From: a virus
Taxonomy: Duplodnaviria > Caudoviricetes
Virus record (IMG/VR): IMGVR_UViG_3300042445_001485
Reading direction: 5' to 3' (one strand)
DNA: 64,000 bases
Part shown: piece after piece, positions 9,822-20,100 of the stretch
How positions within the stretch are numbered: position 1 is the stretch's first letter
How the letters are laid out: the number at the start of each line of letters is the position of its first letter
Made by a program: the position numbers and the translations under genes
Notes under the pieces: generated by a model
What the model saw: the letters and a program-made list of their open reading frames with translations, nothing else
Databases searched by the model: none
What the model was told of the DNA's origin: nothing

Positions 9822-9965
9822 TTAGACTCCAGTATGTAAAGGGTTGCGTCTACGCAGGTGTGCCAGTGCCAATTCTCGAGTATCAAAGCGACCTGAGATT
9901 GGGGTTTGGTGTGCGCCACGCACAATGAACCAACCTGACAATATGCTATTATAGATCACTTTCAT
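9822..9965 (-). CDS. small hypothetical protein
   Basis: MKVIYNS..., follows upstream stop. Confidence 0.5.
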   Translation of the reverse strand: MKVIYNSILSGWFIVRGAHQTPISGRFDTRELALAHLRRRNPLHTGV

Positions 9966-9966
9966 T

Positions 9967-10224
9967 TTAGTACTCCAAAACCAAGTTAGCATCAATGTTG
10001 AGCAACTCTTCAGCGGCACGGCGCAAGAAGCGAGACTTTTGTATCACGGCCTGACCACGGATCTCGCCGTCGCAAGTCAAGTTCTCAGGACTGAGGTCTG
10101 ACTCCAACATGTCGGCAATGCGCTGACGATCGCTGGTGGTATTCAATGTCAACACTCGGTTTCCAAAGATTGCATTCCACTCGTTTTTCTGTTTAACATA
10201 CTGTTCGATTGTGCTGGTCTTCAT
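9967..10224 (-). CDS. early hypothetical protein
   Basis: ATG follows the AAGGAG of a promoter module. Confidence 0.7.
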   Translation of the reverse strand: MKTSTIEQYVKQKNEWNAIFGNRVLTLNTTSDRQRIADMLESDLSPENLTCDGEIRGQAVIQKSRFLRRAAEELLNIDANLVLEY

Positions 10225-10254
10225 TTCGGGCTCCTTTTTACTTACTATGCCACT

Positions 10255-10283
10255 ATTATACAAAAGATTCCATTTGGTGTCAA
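10255..10283 (-). promoter_or_regulatory. sigma70-type early promoter
   Basis: TTGACA-N17-TATAAT, perfect consensus. Confidence 0.85.
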
Positions 10284-10291
10284 CTGGAAGA

Positions 10292-10314
10292 AGTAGTACT
10301 TTTGTAGTACTACT
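10292..10314. repeat. AGTA-N-TACT palindrome cluster
   Basis: AGTAGTACT (10292) and AGTACTACT (10306) upstream of the promoter. Confidence 0.6.
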
Positions 10315-10320
10315 ATAGTG

Positions 10321-10599
10321 TTACTCTCGCAGGGCGAGTTTGTTGTACACGGCATTGGGCATAGACACTTTGACATTGAGGGCATTAGCACGAACACGCA
10401 GAGTTTCTACGACTGTATCGACTTGGGCTAAAGTGGCTTCTTCGGGGTTTAAATCTACTAAAAACAGGGCTTTGTTGGCAGTAAATTCTGCGAATGTGTG
10501 TGCTACAATACGAAGGGTGTTTATGTCGTTTGAGTACGGTTTACGCTTGAAGTTTACTTTTAAGTACAAAGTACTACTTGGGACTGCATTGAATAACAT
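10321..10599 (-). CDS. early hypothetical protein
   Basis: ATG after AAGGAG in a promoter module. Confidence 0.65.
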   Translation of the reverse strand: MLFNAVPSSTLYLKVNFKRKPYSNDINTLRIVAHTFAEFTANKALFLVDLNPEEATLAQVDTVVETLRVRANALNVKVSMPNAVYNKLALRE

Positions 10600-10626
10600 A
10601 TGGCTCCTTTTTGTTATTAAGCCACT

Positions 10627-10655
10627 ATTATACAAAAGATGCCTTTTCGGGTCAA
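10627..10655 (-). promoter_or_regulatory. sigma70-type early promoter
   Basis: TTGACC-N17-TATAAT. Confidence 0.8.
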
Positions 10656-10659
10656 CCGG

Positions 10660-10896
10660 TTATTTGTTGCGACTGACTGAGTCGTGCAGGGCCTGCAGGT
10701 ATTGTGTTTGACTGCGGGCTTTAGATTCAAGCGATTCGACTCTGGCTGCCATGATTCGTACTTGATTTTCCAATGCTTCAATGGTTTGTTGTGCTGTACG
10801 AAGTTTAACTTCGTGTGTCATCAAGTTTGGACGAGGTGGAGCATTGGGGTCTACTGCCCGCTTCTTCTTGACCTTGTACATGTCTTGTATACTCAT
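10660..10896 (-). CDS. coiled-coil hypothetical protein
   Basis: Heptad-rich ORF; TAAATA 6 nt upstream of ATG. Confidence 0.65.
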   Translation of the reverse strand: MSIQDMYKVKKKRAVDPNAPPRPNLMTHEVKLRTAQQTIEALENQVRIMAARVESLESKARSQTQYLQALHDSVSRNK

Positions 10897-11219
10897 AGCA
10901 TATATTTATCGTCAAGTGCTCCGGGTACTTTTACTACAAAAGTATCAGTATCTTCCAGATACTCACATTCGGCAACATCACCGGGATAAAAAACTATACC
11001 TTGACCTGCGGTGTAGCTCTCGCCGTTGATTCGAACCAGGCCTCTAGTAATTAGATTGATTTCTGTGGCAACTTTATGATAGTGTGGTTCACTGACCTCA
11101 CCCTTGTAGTTGGTTTGAAAAGCCGCCTCGCAGGCGTCTGTTTTGTACACGGCCTTGTCAAAGGCTCCCACAAACCAACCACGGTCTCCTGCTTCACGCA
11201 GATGGAATTTCTTGGGCAT
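10893..11219 (-). CDS. cupin-like protein
   Basis: PHYH...EINLITRG...G-x2-YTAG cupin pattern. Confidence 0.6.
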   Translation of the reverse strand: MPKKFHLREAGDRGWFVGAFDKAVYKTDACEAAFQTNYKGEVSEPHYHKVATEINLITRGLVRINGESYTAGQGIVFYPGDVAECEYLEDTDTFVVKVPGALDDKYML

Positions 11220-11583
11220 GTTTATCAGCCTCCGCTTGTTGCATTTCAGCTTCTAGCTCATCTAGTATGCTGGTTAAGTATTCAGGATCTAACTGCTTCA
11301 TTACTGCGGTGATGTATTGGTCGTACCCACCAAAGTAATACTTGAAGAAACTTCGAAAATCTCTGTCGTCATTGAATGTGTTGCGTTCCACAGTCTTTTG
11401 ACTCAGGTTTAAAATCACATTGGCAAGGGCACTGCTTTTTTTATGTCCTCGGGTAATTTCTACTTTTTCATCGTACTGAAGGTTATCTTTATTGTCCATC
11501 CAACCTTTCTTAGATGTGTTGACACCCTTACGGGGTTTCATGCCGTAAAAGGCCACTAGATAAATGTTGTTTTTATTAAACAT
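11194..11583 (-). CDS. hypothetical protein
   Basis: 129-aa ORF downstream of the clamp loader. Confidence 0.65.
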   Translation of the reverse strand: MFNKNNIYLVAFYGMKPRKGVNTSKKGWMDNKDNLQYDEKVEITRGHKKSSALANVILNLSQKTVERNTFNDDRDFRSFFKYYFGGYDQYITAVMKQLDPEYLTSILDELEAEMQQAEADKHAQEIPSA

Positions 11584-11608
11584 TGATTTTGTTTTCTTTC
11601 AAGTACAG

Positions 11609-12532
11609 TTATTTGCTAATTTGGCATAATTCGACTAAACAAGCCGAAAGATTGATCTCCGGATCAGCAACCATTGAATGGTTGACCATTCCTTTGCGTA
11701 TTGCTAAAATTGCTTCGTCTTGTCCTTCGGGAGTCTTGCTCCACATCTCAAGGTTGTCGTACATCCAACGGAACATTTCGTTGATGTCTTCCACTGCGGC
11801 CTGTGTGCAAATCACACTACGAGCCTGTCGGATAGCACCCATCTTCATAAAGTTGACTGCTTCCAATTTCCAGTCTTTGACACCACGATCATTTTCACTG
11901 GGTCGGTTCAATGCACCGGTTGTTGTGTTGCTCTGTAATAGATTTAAACATTTACGCAAGTCTGGGTAAGTTGCCTTGACATAGCTATCCAAGGTATCTA
12001 GATCAAATTCCTTGCCTTCTGTGACCAACACAGTTGCGGCTCTGGCAGTAAACTCAGTTACATCGCTTTTGTCAATGTGGAAACTTTGGCAACGACTGTG
12101 TAGAGCATCCATGATTTTGTGTGGCATGTTACAAGTAAAGATAAAGCGAGCTTGACTTGCGTATGTTTCAAGTAATCCACGCATGATGCCTTGTGCCGGC
12201 GGACTCAAATAGTCGGCCTCATCCATTAGCACAACCTTGAATCGACCAAACGGCATGGTCTGCACAAAGCCTTCAACTGACTTCTTGATAAAGTCTACAC
12301 CATTGTCACGACTGGCGTTGATCTGTAGCACATCAAACTCATCAATGCCCAATTCGTTAATCAACACCTTGGCCAGTGTGGTTTTACCTGTGCCTGGGCT
12401 ACCACTTAACAGTATGTGCGGTATAGTACCTTCTTGAACCCACGACTCAACAATTTGTCTTTGATTGGCGTCAGTGAATACATAATCACTGACTGTTTTG
12501 GGTCTGTATTTTTCTGTCCAAAGTTCTTGCAT
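11609..12532 (-). CDS. sliding-clamp loader subunit (RFC small/T4 gp44-like AAA+)
   Basis: LWTEKYRPKT, GSPGTGKTT, NASRDNG, DEADYL, SRC motif. Confidence 0.95.
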   Translation of the reverse strand: MQELWTEKYRPKTVSDYVFTDANQRQIVESWVQEGTIPHILLSGSPGTGKTTLAKVLINELGIDEFDVLQINASRDNGVDFIKKSVEGFVQTMPFGRFKVVLMDEADYLSPPAQGIMRGLLETYASQARFIFTCNMPHKIMDALHSRCQSFHIDKSDVTEFTARAATVLVTEGKEFDLDTLDSYVKATYPDLRKCLNLLQSNTTTGALNRPSENDRGVKDWKLEAVNFMKMGAIRQARSVICTQAAVEDINEMFRWMYDNLEMWSKTPEGQDEAILAIRKGMVNHSMVADPEINLSACLVELCQISK

Positions 12533-12683
12533 CTGTTTCTTCCACTGTTGAATTGCTATTATACACGCTCTGCGCGGTATCGTCAATGTCTTTGGCTTTA
12601 TTCTTAGCAAATATACGATCAAAATTGTTGCCAAATTCTGTTTGACTTACACTAAATGGCCTTGGGTTAGATCCTTTACTCAT
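12486..12683 (-). CDS. small hypothetical protein
   Basis: MSKGSNPRPFSV...; 3' end overlaps the clamp loader start. Confidence 0.45.
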   Translation of the reverse strand: MSKGSNPRPFSVSQTEFGNNFDRIFAKNKAKDIDDTAQSVYNSNSTVEETDARTLDRKIQTQNSQ

Positions 12684-12909
12684 CTTTTAATATCCTTACT
12701 ACTTTTTCTTTTTCTAGTTCTTCTAGCCATTCCTCTTCACCTGAGAAGGTTGAGGTTTTTGCCAGCATTGCATCTACTGCAAATTTTACACGATATAGGT
12801 CTTGTTTACAAGGCCAATTGACATAACCTGTTACATAGGGATCCGTGGCACCGCGATACATCTTTTGGCATTCGCCGATGACTTGGTTGACATTCCAGTT
12901 GATGATCAT
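12676..12909 (-). CDS. hypothetical protein
   Basis: ATGA coupling to the CoA transferase. Confidence 0.6.
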   Translation of the reverse strand: MIINWNVNQVIGECQKMYRGATDPYVTGYVNWPCKQDLYRVKFAVDAMLAKTSTFSGEEEWLEELEKEKVVRILKDE

Positions 12910-14258
12910 AATAGTTTTACGCCTGTAATTATTTCTAGTTCATCGTGCGACATTCCGTTATGAATGTCAATGATTTTTAATCCATTTGGTGTAACTTCTA
13001 GTGTGGCTAGATCGGTATATATACGCTTTACTACACCTCGTGCGGTTACAGGATATGTGCAAGTATCCATTATTTTACTTTGACCATTTTTATCTAAATG
13101 AGTCATTAGAATATAGACATTTTTAGCATAGCGAGCCAATTCCATACTAGCGCCAGGCGCAGGCAATCGATCTGGGTCATCAGTAGCCCATCCTGCAAAA
13201 TCACCATGTGTATCAACCTGGAACGCACCTAGTAGCACATAGTCAATGCGTCCACTGGTAATCATATTAAAACTGTCTACAAAGTCAAATGCAGAAGCAC
13301 CACTGTCCATGGCCAACATAGTGCCATTGGCACCACGCCAGTGTGCGTCCGGTTCTGAGTTATCAAGTAATCTAGCTCTACCCAACATGCCTTCGCTATG
13401 TACAAGTATTTCTTTATCTTGTTGTAGATACCTTACTGCATGCCAGGGCATACCGTAACCTAAATCAACCACACTATTGTCTGGTATATCTCGGGCCACA
13501 CGCTCTGCAATGGCAGAACTTACTTCATCGTGTTCCTGTGCTTTAAGACGAACAACAACAGGTTTTTTTGATTGAACTACACTATCAACAAATATGCCGG
13601 AAGTATGTATGCTGGCAGTATCCATGGCGTCAACTATACGATCTGCTTGAACAACTGTGTGACGGGCGGCACAGGCCATATAATGACTGGGACCACGACA
13701 GGATATTTTATAACCGCAGTTACCAAATCGATCAGCAACATCAGCTGAGATAATTGCTACATCTACATGAATAGCTTCTTCGTAGATATATTTAATTCCA
13801 TTGATAATTTTAAATTCTTTTCCTATTGCATAATCAGTATCTGCACCAACGGCTGTGTAAAATCCAGCTATCCCAGCACTGGATGATCGAACTCGTTCAA
13901 TCATATTTGCTTGCGGCACAACTTCAATTTCCATTTTGCCGGCAGTATATAGATTTTTTGCTATATTAGTTACCTGAGATGCCTGAGTTGCTGTATCAGT
14001 CCCGCGCAGAATTTTTGAATCGAGTTTTATTTTAGGCAAGGCACAGATAAACTTTTTAACACAGCCATTGGGTACCAGCGCCCCACCGAGTATAATAGTG
14101 TTGGCCACTACTGTTAAATTTTTAACACCTTTGCGAACTATTTCGTTGATTAATTCGTTGGGGTGTCCTATGCCCTGAAACCCCGCAACTAAAATAGTGT
14201 CACCATCTTTGATGTGCTTGAGTGCTTCTCTTGCAGATCTAAAAACCTTGTTTATCAT
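12906..14258 (-). CDS. 3-oxoacid CoA-transferase, fused A+B subunits (PcaIJ/ScoAB-like)
   Basis: A half: AL-x2-IKDGDTILVAGF...GVKNLTVVAN, ERVRSSSAGIAGFYT, ADRFGN; B half: LGYGMP, HSEG, LGAFQVD-x2-G, GASMELA, TDLA. Confidence 0.9.
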   Translation of the reverse strand: MINKVFRSAREALKHIKDGDTILVAGFQGIGHPNELINEIVRKGVKNLTVVANTIILGGALVPNGCVKKFICALPKIKLDSKILRGTDTATQASQVTNIAKNLYTAGKMEIEVVPQANMIERVRSSSAGIAGFYTAVGADTDYAIGKEFKIINGIKYIYEEAIHVDVAIISADVADRFGNCGYKISCRGPSHYMACAARHTVVQADRIVDAMDTASIHTSGIFVDSVVQSKKPVVVRLKAQEHDEVSSAIAERVARDIPDNSVVDLGYGMPWHAVRYLQQDKEILVHSEGMLGRARLLDNSEPDAHWRGANGTMLAMDSGASAFDFVDSFNMITSGRIDYVLLGAFQVDTHGDFAGWATDDPDRLPAPGASMELARYAKNVYILMTHLDKNGQSKIMDTCTYPVTARGVVKRIYTDLATLEVTPNGLKIIDIHNGMSHDELEIITGVKLL

Positions 14259-14276
14259 TGTGCTTGATAATTTATG

Positions 14277-14720
14277 TTACTCAAACTGAGTTCTCGATTT
14301 GCGTTCTGCCATTACTGCGGTGCTGACAGTATCGTCGATATCAGGCTCGTCGTCGCTGACAAAAATAATACACTTAGGATCTGCTTTACGCAGGGTAAAT
14401 TCTTCACCATCGATTTCGACTTCCATGCCGCGGCTCCATCGACCGTGTTCGATAAACACCCATTGATCAACTCGAATATCAGTTTGATCTGGACCAACTG
14501 CATAAACTCGAGCCCATCGTGGACGAATACCTTCTGTTTTACCATCGTCATTTAATAGGTAAATTCCACTACTAAGTTGGCGACCACCGAAGTTCATGTC
14601 GCGTACAATCACATGATCATGCAGGGCTCGAATACCAGCAACTTGATTGGTTTGTTTGAATTTATTACTTGCTTGAAATAACGGTTCTTCTATTGGCATA
14701 TTAGATTCTCGCTGGTCCAA
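14277..14720 (-). CDS. GroES-like co-chaperonin
   Basis: IRALHDHVIV, SSGIYL mobile loop, ARVYAVGP. Confidence 0.75.
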   Translation of the reverse strand: MDQRESNMPIEEPLFQASNKFKQTNQVAGIRALHDHVIVRDMNFGGRQLSSGIYLLNDDGKTEGIRPRWARVYAVGPDQTDIRVDQWVFIEHGRWSRGMEVEIDGEEFTLRKADPKCIIFVSDDEPDIDDTVSTAVMAERKSRTQFE

Positions 14721-15156
14721 CGGGTTTTCGTGGATCCTTAATTAGTTCTTGTTTGTGTACAGTGGCTGAGGCAATTGATGCGGCCAAACTACCCCGCATT
14801 TGTGGAACAGGATCGGCTGGGTTTACTACAGTTTCAATTACCTGATCGTTGTTTTCTTCGGATTGTGGCTCGGGTTGTGGCTCGGGCATAGGTGCTCCCT
14901 GTGACATTCTTGCTCCAGATTTAATTTGTTGTTGCATAATTTCGGCGGTGTTTATTTCAATTGGCACAGGAGTACTTAATTTATTATATGAATCCTGTGT
15001 TTGATTTCTTGTTTCTTTGATTCGCCCGCCGGCGCCAAGTTTATCTCCGCGGGCATTAACCTTCATATTGCCCACAGCAATAGTTTCTTCGTTGGCCACC
15101 CGTAAACTTTCAATATCAATTTGTTTGCCTTGTGCCGTTGTGTAAACTCTACTCAT
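14701..15156 (-). CDS. hypothetical protein
   Basis: 151-aa ORF with GGAG SD. Confidence 0.65.
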   Translation of the reverse strand: MSRVYTTAQGKQIDIESLRVANEETIAVGNMKVNARGDKLGAGGRIKETRNQTQDSYNKLSTPVPIEINTAEIMQQQIKSGARMSQGAPMPEPQPEPQSEENNDQVIETVVNPADPVPQMRGSLAASIASATVHKQELIKDPRKPVGPARI

Positions 15157-15177
15157 ACATTGTTCTCCTGTGTATAC

Positions 15178-15702
15178 TTATCTTAAAAATTCCTCGATGT
15201 CTAAATCATAATACATGCTGTCTATTTTGTGTACACCAATCAAGTATAACACATAACTGGACACACTACTACCTCTTCCTAGACCCCATACCACAGTATT
15301 TTTTCTCATGGTATCTACAAAATATTTTAAGTATCTTAATAAATTAAATAAATCACGCTCTTGATATAGCATCAACTCTTTGCCAACTCGTTGTAATTTT
15401 GGATCATTATCACATTGGTCCAGTACCCATTGTGCAATATCCAGTTGTTTATATTCTTCGGGCATGTACCAATTTTGTTGTTGCACATGGTCAAACAACT
15501 CCAAAGGCACTTGTTCTTTGTAATCCATGGGAAGGTATCGTTGTACTATGGGAAAGTCACTGTAAGTGACTTCTCTTGCTTGATTATACTGCCCTGGATC
15601 CTCAACTTGAAATCTACTGATGTCCAAGTTGGGATTTTCGTACAGCAACTCAAATAATTCCTCAGTATCTGTATAGGCCTGACCAAATTGATTGTACTTC
15701 AT
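15178..15702 (-). CDS. DNA polymerase III alpha (DnaE)-like fragment
   Basis: RVGKEL..., WGLGRGSSVSSYVLYLIGVHKID matches DnaE GPGRGSAAGSLVAYxLGITxIDP; ends before the catalytic PDID motif. Confidence 0.75.
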   Translation of the reverse strand: MKYNQFGQAYTDTEELFELLYENPNLDISRFQVEDPGQYNQAREVTYSDFPIVQRYLPMDYKEQVPLELFDHVQQQNWYMPEEYKQLDIAQWVLDQCDNDPKLQRVGKELMLYQERDLFNLLRYLKYFVDTMRKNTVVWGLGRGSSVSSYVLYLIGVHKIDSMYYDLDIEEFLR

Positions 15703-15947
15703 GAGATATCAATGATGCCTTTGAATCCTTTGCCGTTCTTGTCTGCCCGTGCTTCCATTTCTTTCATCAACTTGTCCTGTCTACGACCAAGTTCATTTTG
15801 ATAGTCTTGCATGAGCATTTGGATCTGCGGAATTATTTGGCTTGGTCCAGATCGATAGGCTTGCCCCAATCGTCTGTTGAGATCATTGAATTTTTTTGCA
15901 AGCTCATCGTCGGATACTGTTGATAAATCTGGGGCAAGTGGGTGCAT
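15699..15947 (-). CDS. hypothetical protein
   Basis: Helical ORF; start adjusted to MHPLAPD. Confidence 0.6.
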   Translation of the reverse strand: MHPLAPDLSTVSDDELAKKFNDLNRRLGQAYRSGPSQIIPQIQMLMQDYQNELGRRQDKLMKEMEARADKNGKGFKGIIDIS

Positions 15948-16019
15948 AGAAAAACTCCTGGTAACATTATTATATAGCAATGTTGGCCAGGAGTCAAATG
16001 GTTTATACCAATTTGGCCG

Positions 16020-17126
16020 TTAACTTAGAGTGATGTTTGCCCATTTGGTGCCGTTATACACCTGTACATTACCTGTGGTATAATTGTACACCGTCATACC
16101 GCTATTGGTTGGAGCGATGGCATCGATTTGTGTTGTGGTCAAATTGGCAAACTGTATTGCACTGCTTACTGTTAAAAATCCCGTGATGTTGGTATTACCA
16201 CTGGCATTGCCTACGTTGATAGTAGTGGCAGCACCAAATGCATTGACTGTGGTAGCAGTGGCATTGAACAATAATACATTAGAGGATGTAGTAACAATGT
16301 TGCCACCATTGGCATTAACATTACCAGTGACTGTAATGCCGGTTGCGGCAAGCACAGTAGTGGTAATTAATCCACCAGCAGGAGTGCTGATGTTGCCTGC
16401 GGTAATATTTCCGGTGACATTCAAATTCTGTGATACTGTGCTATTGTTGCTAACTAGTAAATTACCTAATGTCACATTACCAATGGTTACTGTAGTAAAT
16501 GCACCTGTTCCCGGTGTAACATTACCAATTGCTGTTGCTTGTAGGCCACCTGTGGTGGCTGTTGTGAATACTGCTGTGCCAGGTGTAACATTACCAATTG
16601 CAACTACTTGTAACCCTGCAACATTAGAAATATTACCACTGACACGGATATTACCATTGGCTGTGATCCAACCGCTACCGTCTGGGTCTAGGCTCAGATT
16701 GCCATTGGTCCCTGCCAGGGTAGTTATGTTGTTTGCCACAATATTACCACTGGTTGTGATATTACCAGCAACAATTTCTTGTTGATTTATAGTTATTGTG
16801 CCTGTCTCGTATATGTTACCAGTGACAATCAAGTTACCTGCAATGGTTACATTGGCTGATGCAGTTACATCTCCCAGTAAACTAGAAGTTTGATTTACAG
16901 TAAGATTTCGATCAACATTGGCATAGAATGGGGATACATTGCCACTGGTTGAAATAACAAGTCTAATATTGTTTACTGAGTTTTGTACATCAGTTATTTC
17001 GCTTGACGCAAAACTGAAGTTGTTTAAAATATTGGTAAAATTATCTCGAAAGCCTTGACTGTCGTTGTCTTGGCCAGCAACTGGAAAGTTACCATTAATA
17101 TTATTTGGGTTTATGTTTGATGACAT
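16020..17126 (-). CDS. virion fibre/baseplate-associated protein
   Basis: N-terminal FPVAGQDNDSQGFRDNF attachment-type motif; repeated G-N-I-T-A beta motifs. Confidence 0.7.
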   Translation of the reverse strand: MSSNINPNNINGNFPVAGQDNDSQGFRDNFTNILNNFSFASSEITDVQNSVNNIRLVISTSGNVSPFYANVDRNLTVNQTSSLLGDVTASANVTIAGNLIVTGNIYETGTITINQQEIVAGNITTSGNIVANNITTLAGTNGNLSLDPDGSGWITANGNIRVSGNISNVAGLQVVAIGNVTPGTAVFTTATTGGLQATAIGNVTPGTGAFTTVTIGNVTLGNLLVSNNSTVSQNLNVTGNITAGNISTPAGGLITTTVLAATGITVTGNVNANGGNIVTTSSNVLLFNATATTVNAFGAATTINVGNASGNTNITGFLTVSSAIQFANLTTTQIDAIAPTNSGMTVYNYTTGNVQVYNGTKWANITLS

Positions 17127-20100
17127 TAGTTAAATACTCCGATCTTGGGGAACTTAATATATTTATCTCCGGAAACGGGTAACACTTCATACTTTTCCCA
17201 GTATCCAGTCTGGAATGTCCTAGAGGGTAATACAGGTGTAATTGCTTTGTAGTAATTCCCTTGATACAGTACTTTACTATTAATATCGTATGCTACAGCC
17301 TCTACCCATGCAGTTGGTGCAGATATAATAGTTTCAGCAGGACTGTCCCGTAGATCAAAGAACTTAGTTCCATCGCCGTCAAATCTGGTTCTATTCCCAC
17401 TATTCCCATTAAAGGTGATAGTACTAGGAATTCTTCTATACATAGGCACTGTAGCGTCTATGTTGGTAAACGGAATAGTTGGATCATAGGTGTATGAATC
17501 ATAATCTGGGTCTGTTGTGTCTCCCCAGTCTTTGTAAAGCAAGAAACTTTGTCCATAGCTTCTACCGTCTAATACTTTGACCCGTGATCGCAATGGCACA
17601 GATTGTACAAATCCCAATCTAACATTTTCTGTGTCCGGATCTATTTGTATTTCCCATATTCCTGCTCTTTGATTTTGCACATAGTAACCTAAATAATCCC
17701 CAACTCTGATACTGACAGTGAATGAGGAATGACTTTCTAATGTGATGACATTGTTTACTATTCTTGCAATTCTAACCCCGTTGGGTATGCCATATCCAGC
17801 AACAACATTTTCAATTAGTTTTAATCTATCAGCAATAACTACAGGTAAAGTGTCTGCATCAACAGTGATGGTGTTGTTGGTATAATCAACTGCGGTCACA
17901 GTCAGATATGAAGTCAACTTGACAATATTATTAATTGATCCTGTACCTATTGTGGGTTTGCTAAGTGTCAACTGCAACGATAACCCAGAACCAACACCAC
18001 TGGCCACAGACTGACCTACCACTGTGGTATTATAGTCAATAAAACTATTAGGAACTATGGTTTTACCAATGTAATTGACTGCGGAGTACAGAATATAAAT
18101 GTTGGTTGTACCCACAGAAACAGGTGCCAACAATGTGGGTTCTTTGGCATCAATTAGGTATTCAGAGTACCCCGATACTACATACGAACTGTCATATCCG
18201 GTACTGTCGTAATAAGAAATATCAACAGTATCATTGATGTCTGAATAGTTACCAAGATACAAGTCAGTGTAGTATATCCAGCCATCGTCGGGATAACTTG
18301 TATTAAATCCTTCTTGTTGAGCAAAAATCAATCTATCGCCAGTTTTAAATCCGTTCACATTATCTATGCCGCCGTTGTCAAGTATGTGCTGTACTGATTT
18401 ATTATTAATGCTGGCAAATGGCTGTGTGACAGCATAGTTAACTGTGTATACTGGTTTACTAAATTTTATAGCGCCAGCTGGAGTTTGTCCCCAGGCCAGG
18501 CTTGATATAGTGATGGTTGTGTCACTGTCAACAGACACAATGGTTTGTCCGTCGGTAAATCCATTGCCTGTTATTACCATGCCTGTTGATAACCCAACCG
18601 TACTGGTTAAAGTTAAACTGTAGCCGGTTACTCCGCCTGATACATAACTGTAGTAGTAAACATCATTCTGTGATAGGTAATCAAATGTTGTTTCTCTGCT
18701 GGGCAAAAATGCCTGATTAGTAATGTCGTAATAATTGGATAATGTATTGTCTACTAGGTAACGATCAACAGTGTAGTTGATACCTGCCAATTCAATACCT
18801 CGGTCCTGCATACGATATGCAATTTTTTTACTCTCCCCGGATTTGGTGTATGCCAGCACCAAAGCTCTTTTAAACCCTAACACACTTTTATCTTCTTGTA
18901 CACTGGTCATCCAGTCTGGGATAACACCCTGTGCGCTATAACCTAAATTTTGACTGATTCGAGTTTCCATGTTGTCAAATGTGTTTGGGTTGATAATATA
19001 GTGACCCGTTCCCTGTGGATCATAATATGGATTTGCAACATGATTGATGCCACCTGACAGATTAGTTTCTAGTGTGACATCTAAATTTTCTGGATTAAAC
19101 GGATCAACCACTTCGACATAAACCACTTCATACTTGACTGCATAGTCATTGTCTGGGTCTGTGGCAATGGCCGTCTTAACTGGACCGAAGTTAATAACTT
19201 TATTGTAATGATTTTTTTGTATTGCTGAAATGTATGAACTTAAGGTACTAGGATCAACACCGGGCAATTCTAAGAAACGATATGATGATGCTTTGCCAAA
19301 ATTTGGATCATCGTGGCGGTATATAGAATCAATTGGGAATAAACTAGGATCAGCCAATATACTTGTCAACAATCGTCTTTGTTCAATTGGCGGCAGAGCC
19401 TGCATGTAAAGATTTTCATATGGTTTAGCATAAAGATTGTTGATTCTTAATTTGAATGTTTTTGTATCTGCTACAGAATTATCCACCGCAGTGGCTTTGA
19501 CTGTAAATGTGTATATGTTATCAAACTTTGTTTTGTTACCGTCGATTGTGGTTGCATCTGCATCAAGTTGAAAATGTCTAAATGTTGTACGACCTGTAAT
19601 TCTTCCACTTGATAATAACTGTAAACCTTGGGGCAGACTGACTGTGGTAGCAGTCAAGTATTCTGATCCTGTGGCAGCTGATCCATCGTTGAGCGTACCA
19701 TGCACAAGTTGATAAGTTACTTCTTTGCCCAGTGAGTTATATGCAACTATGCTCAACTCGCTGACACCACCATTGATGATATTTCCTGCTACAGTAGGAG
19801 TGTCCCATACAATCTGATTGTTGACATCACCCAGTACAGTCAATGAATAGACCATTGGTTCACTGACTAGATTACCACTGAAAGTTAAATTACCAGCTGG
19901 TGTACTGTTAGCACTTGATGTAATAGATACTGTGTTATTTTCTGTGTATACCCTATACACCTGTTGCCCAGTACCAAATCCATTGCCACTTATTTCCATA
20001 CCAGGGCGAATACCAGCAGTATTGCTCACAATGACATTGGTATTGGGAGATACACCTCCGGCTACATAATTGGCAGTAATTAAATTAAATTGTGGTACTG

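Noticed and set aside
15156-15200. Intron or intein splitting the DnaE fragment
   Set aside because: No intein N-terminal motif, homing endonuclease or group I/II intron features seen; the next ORF is unrelated.
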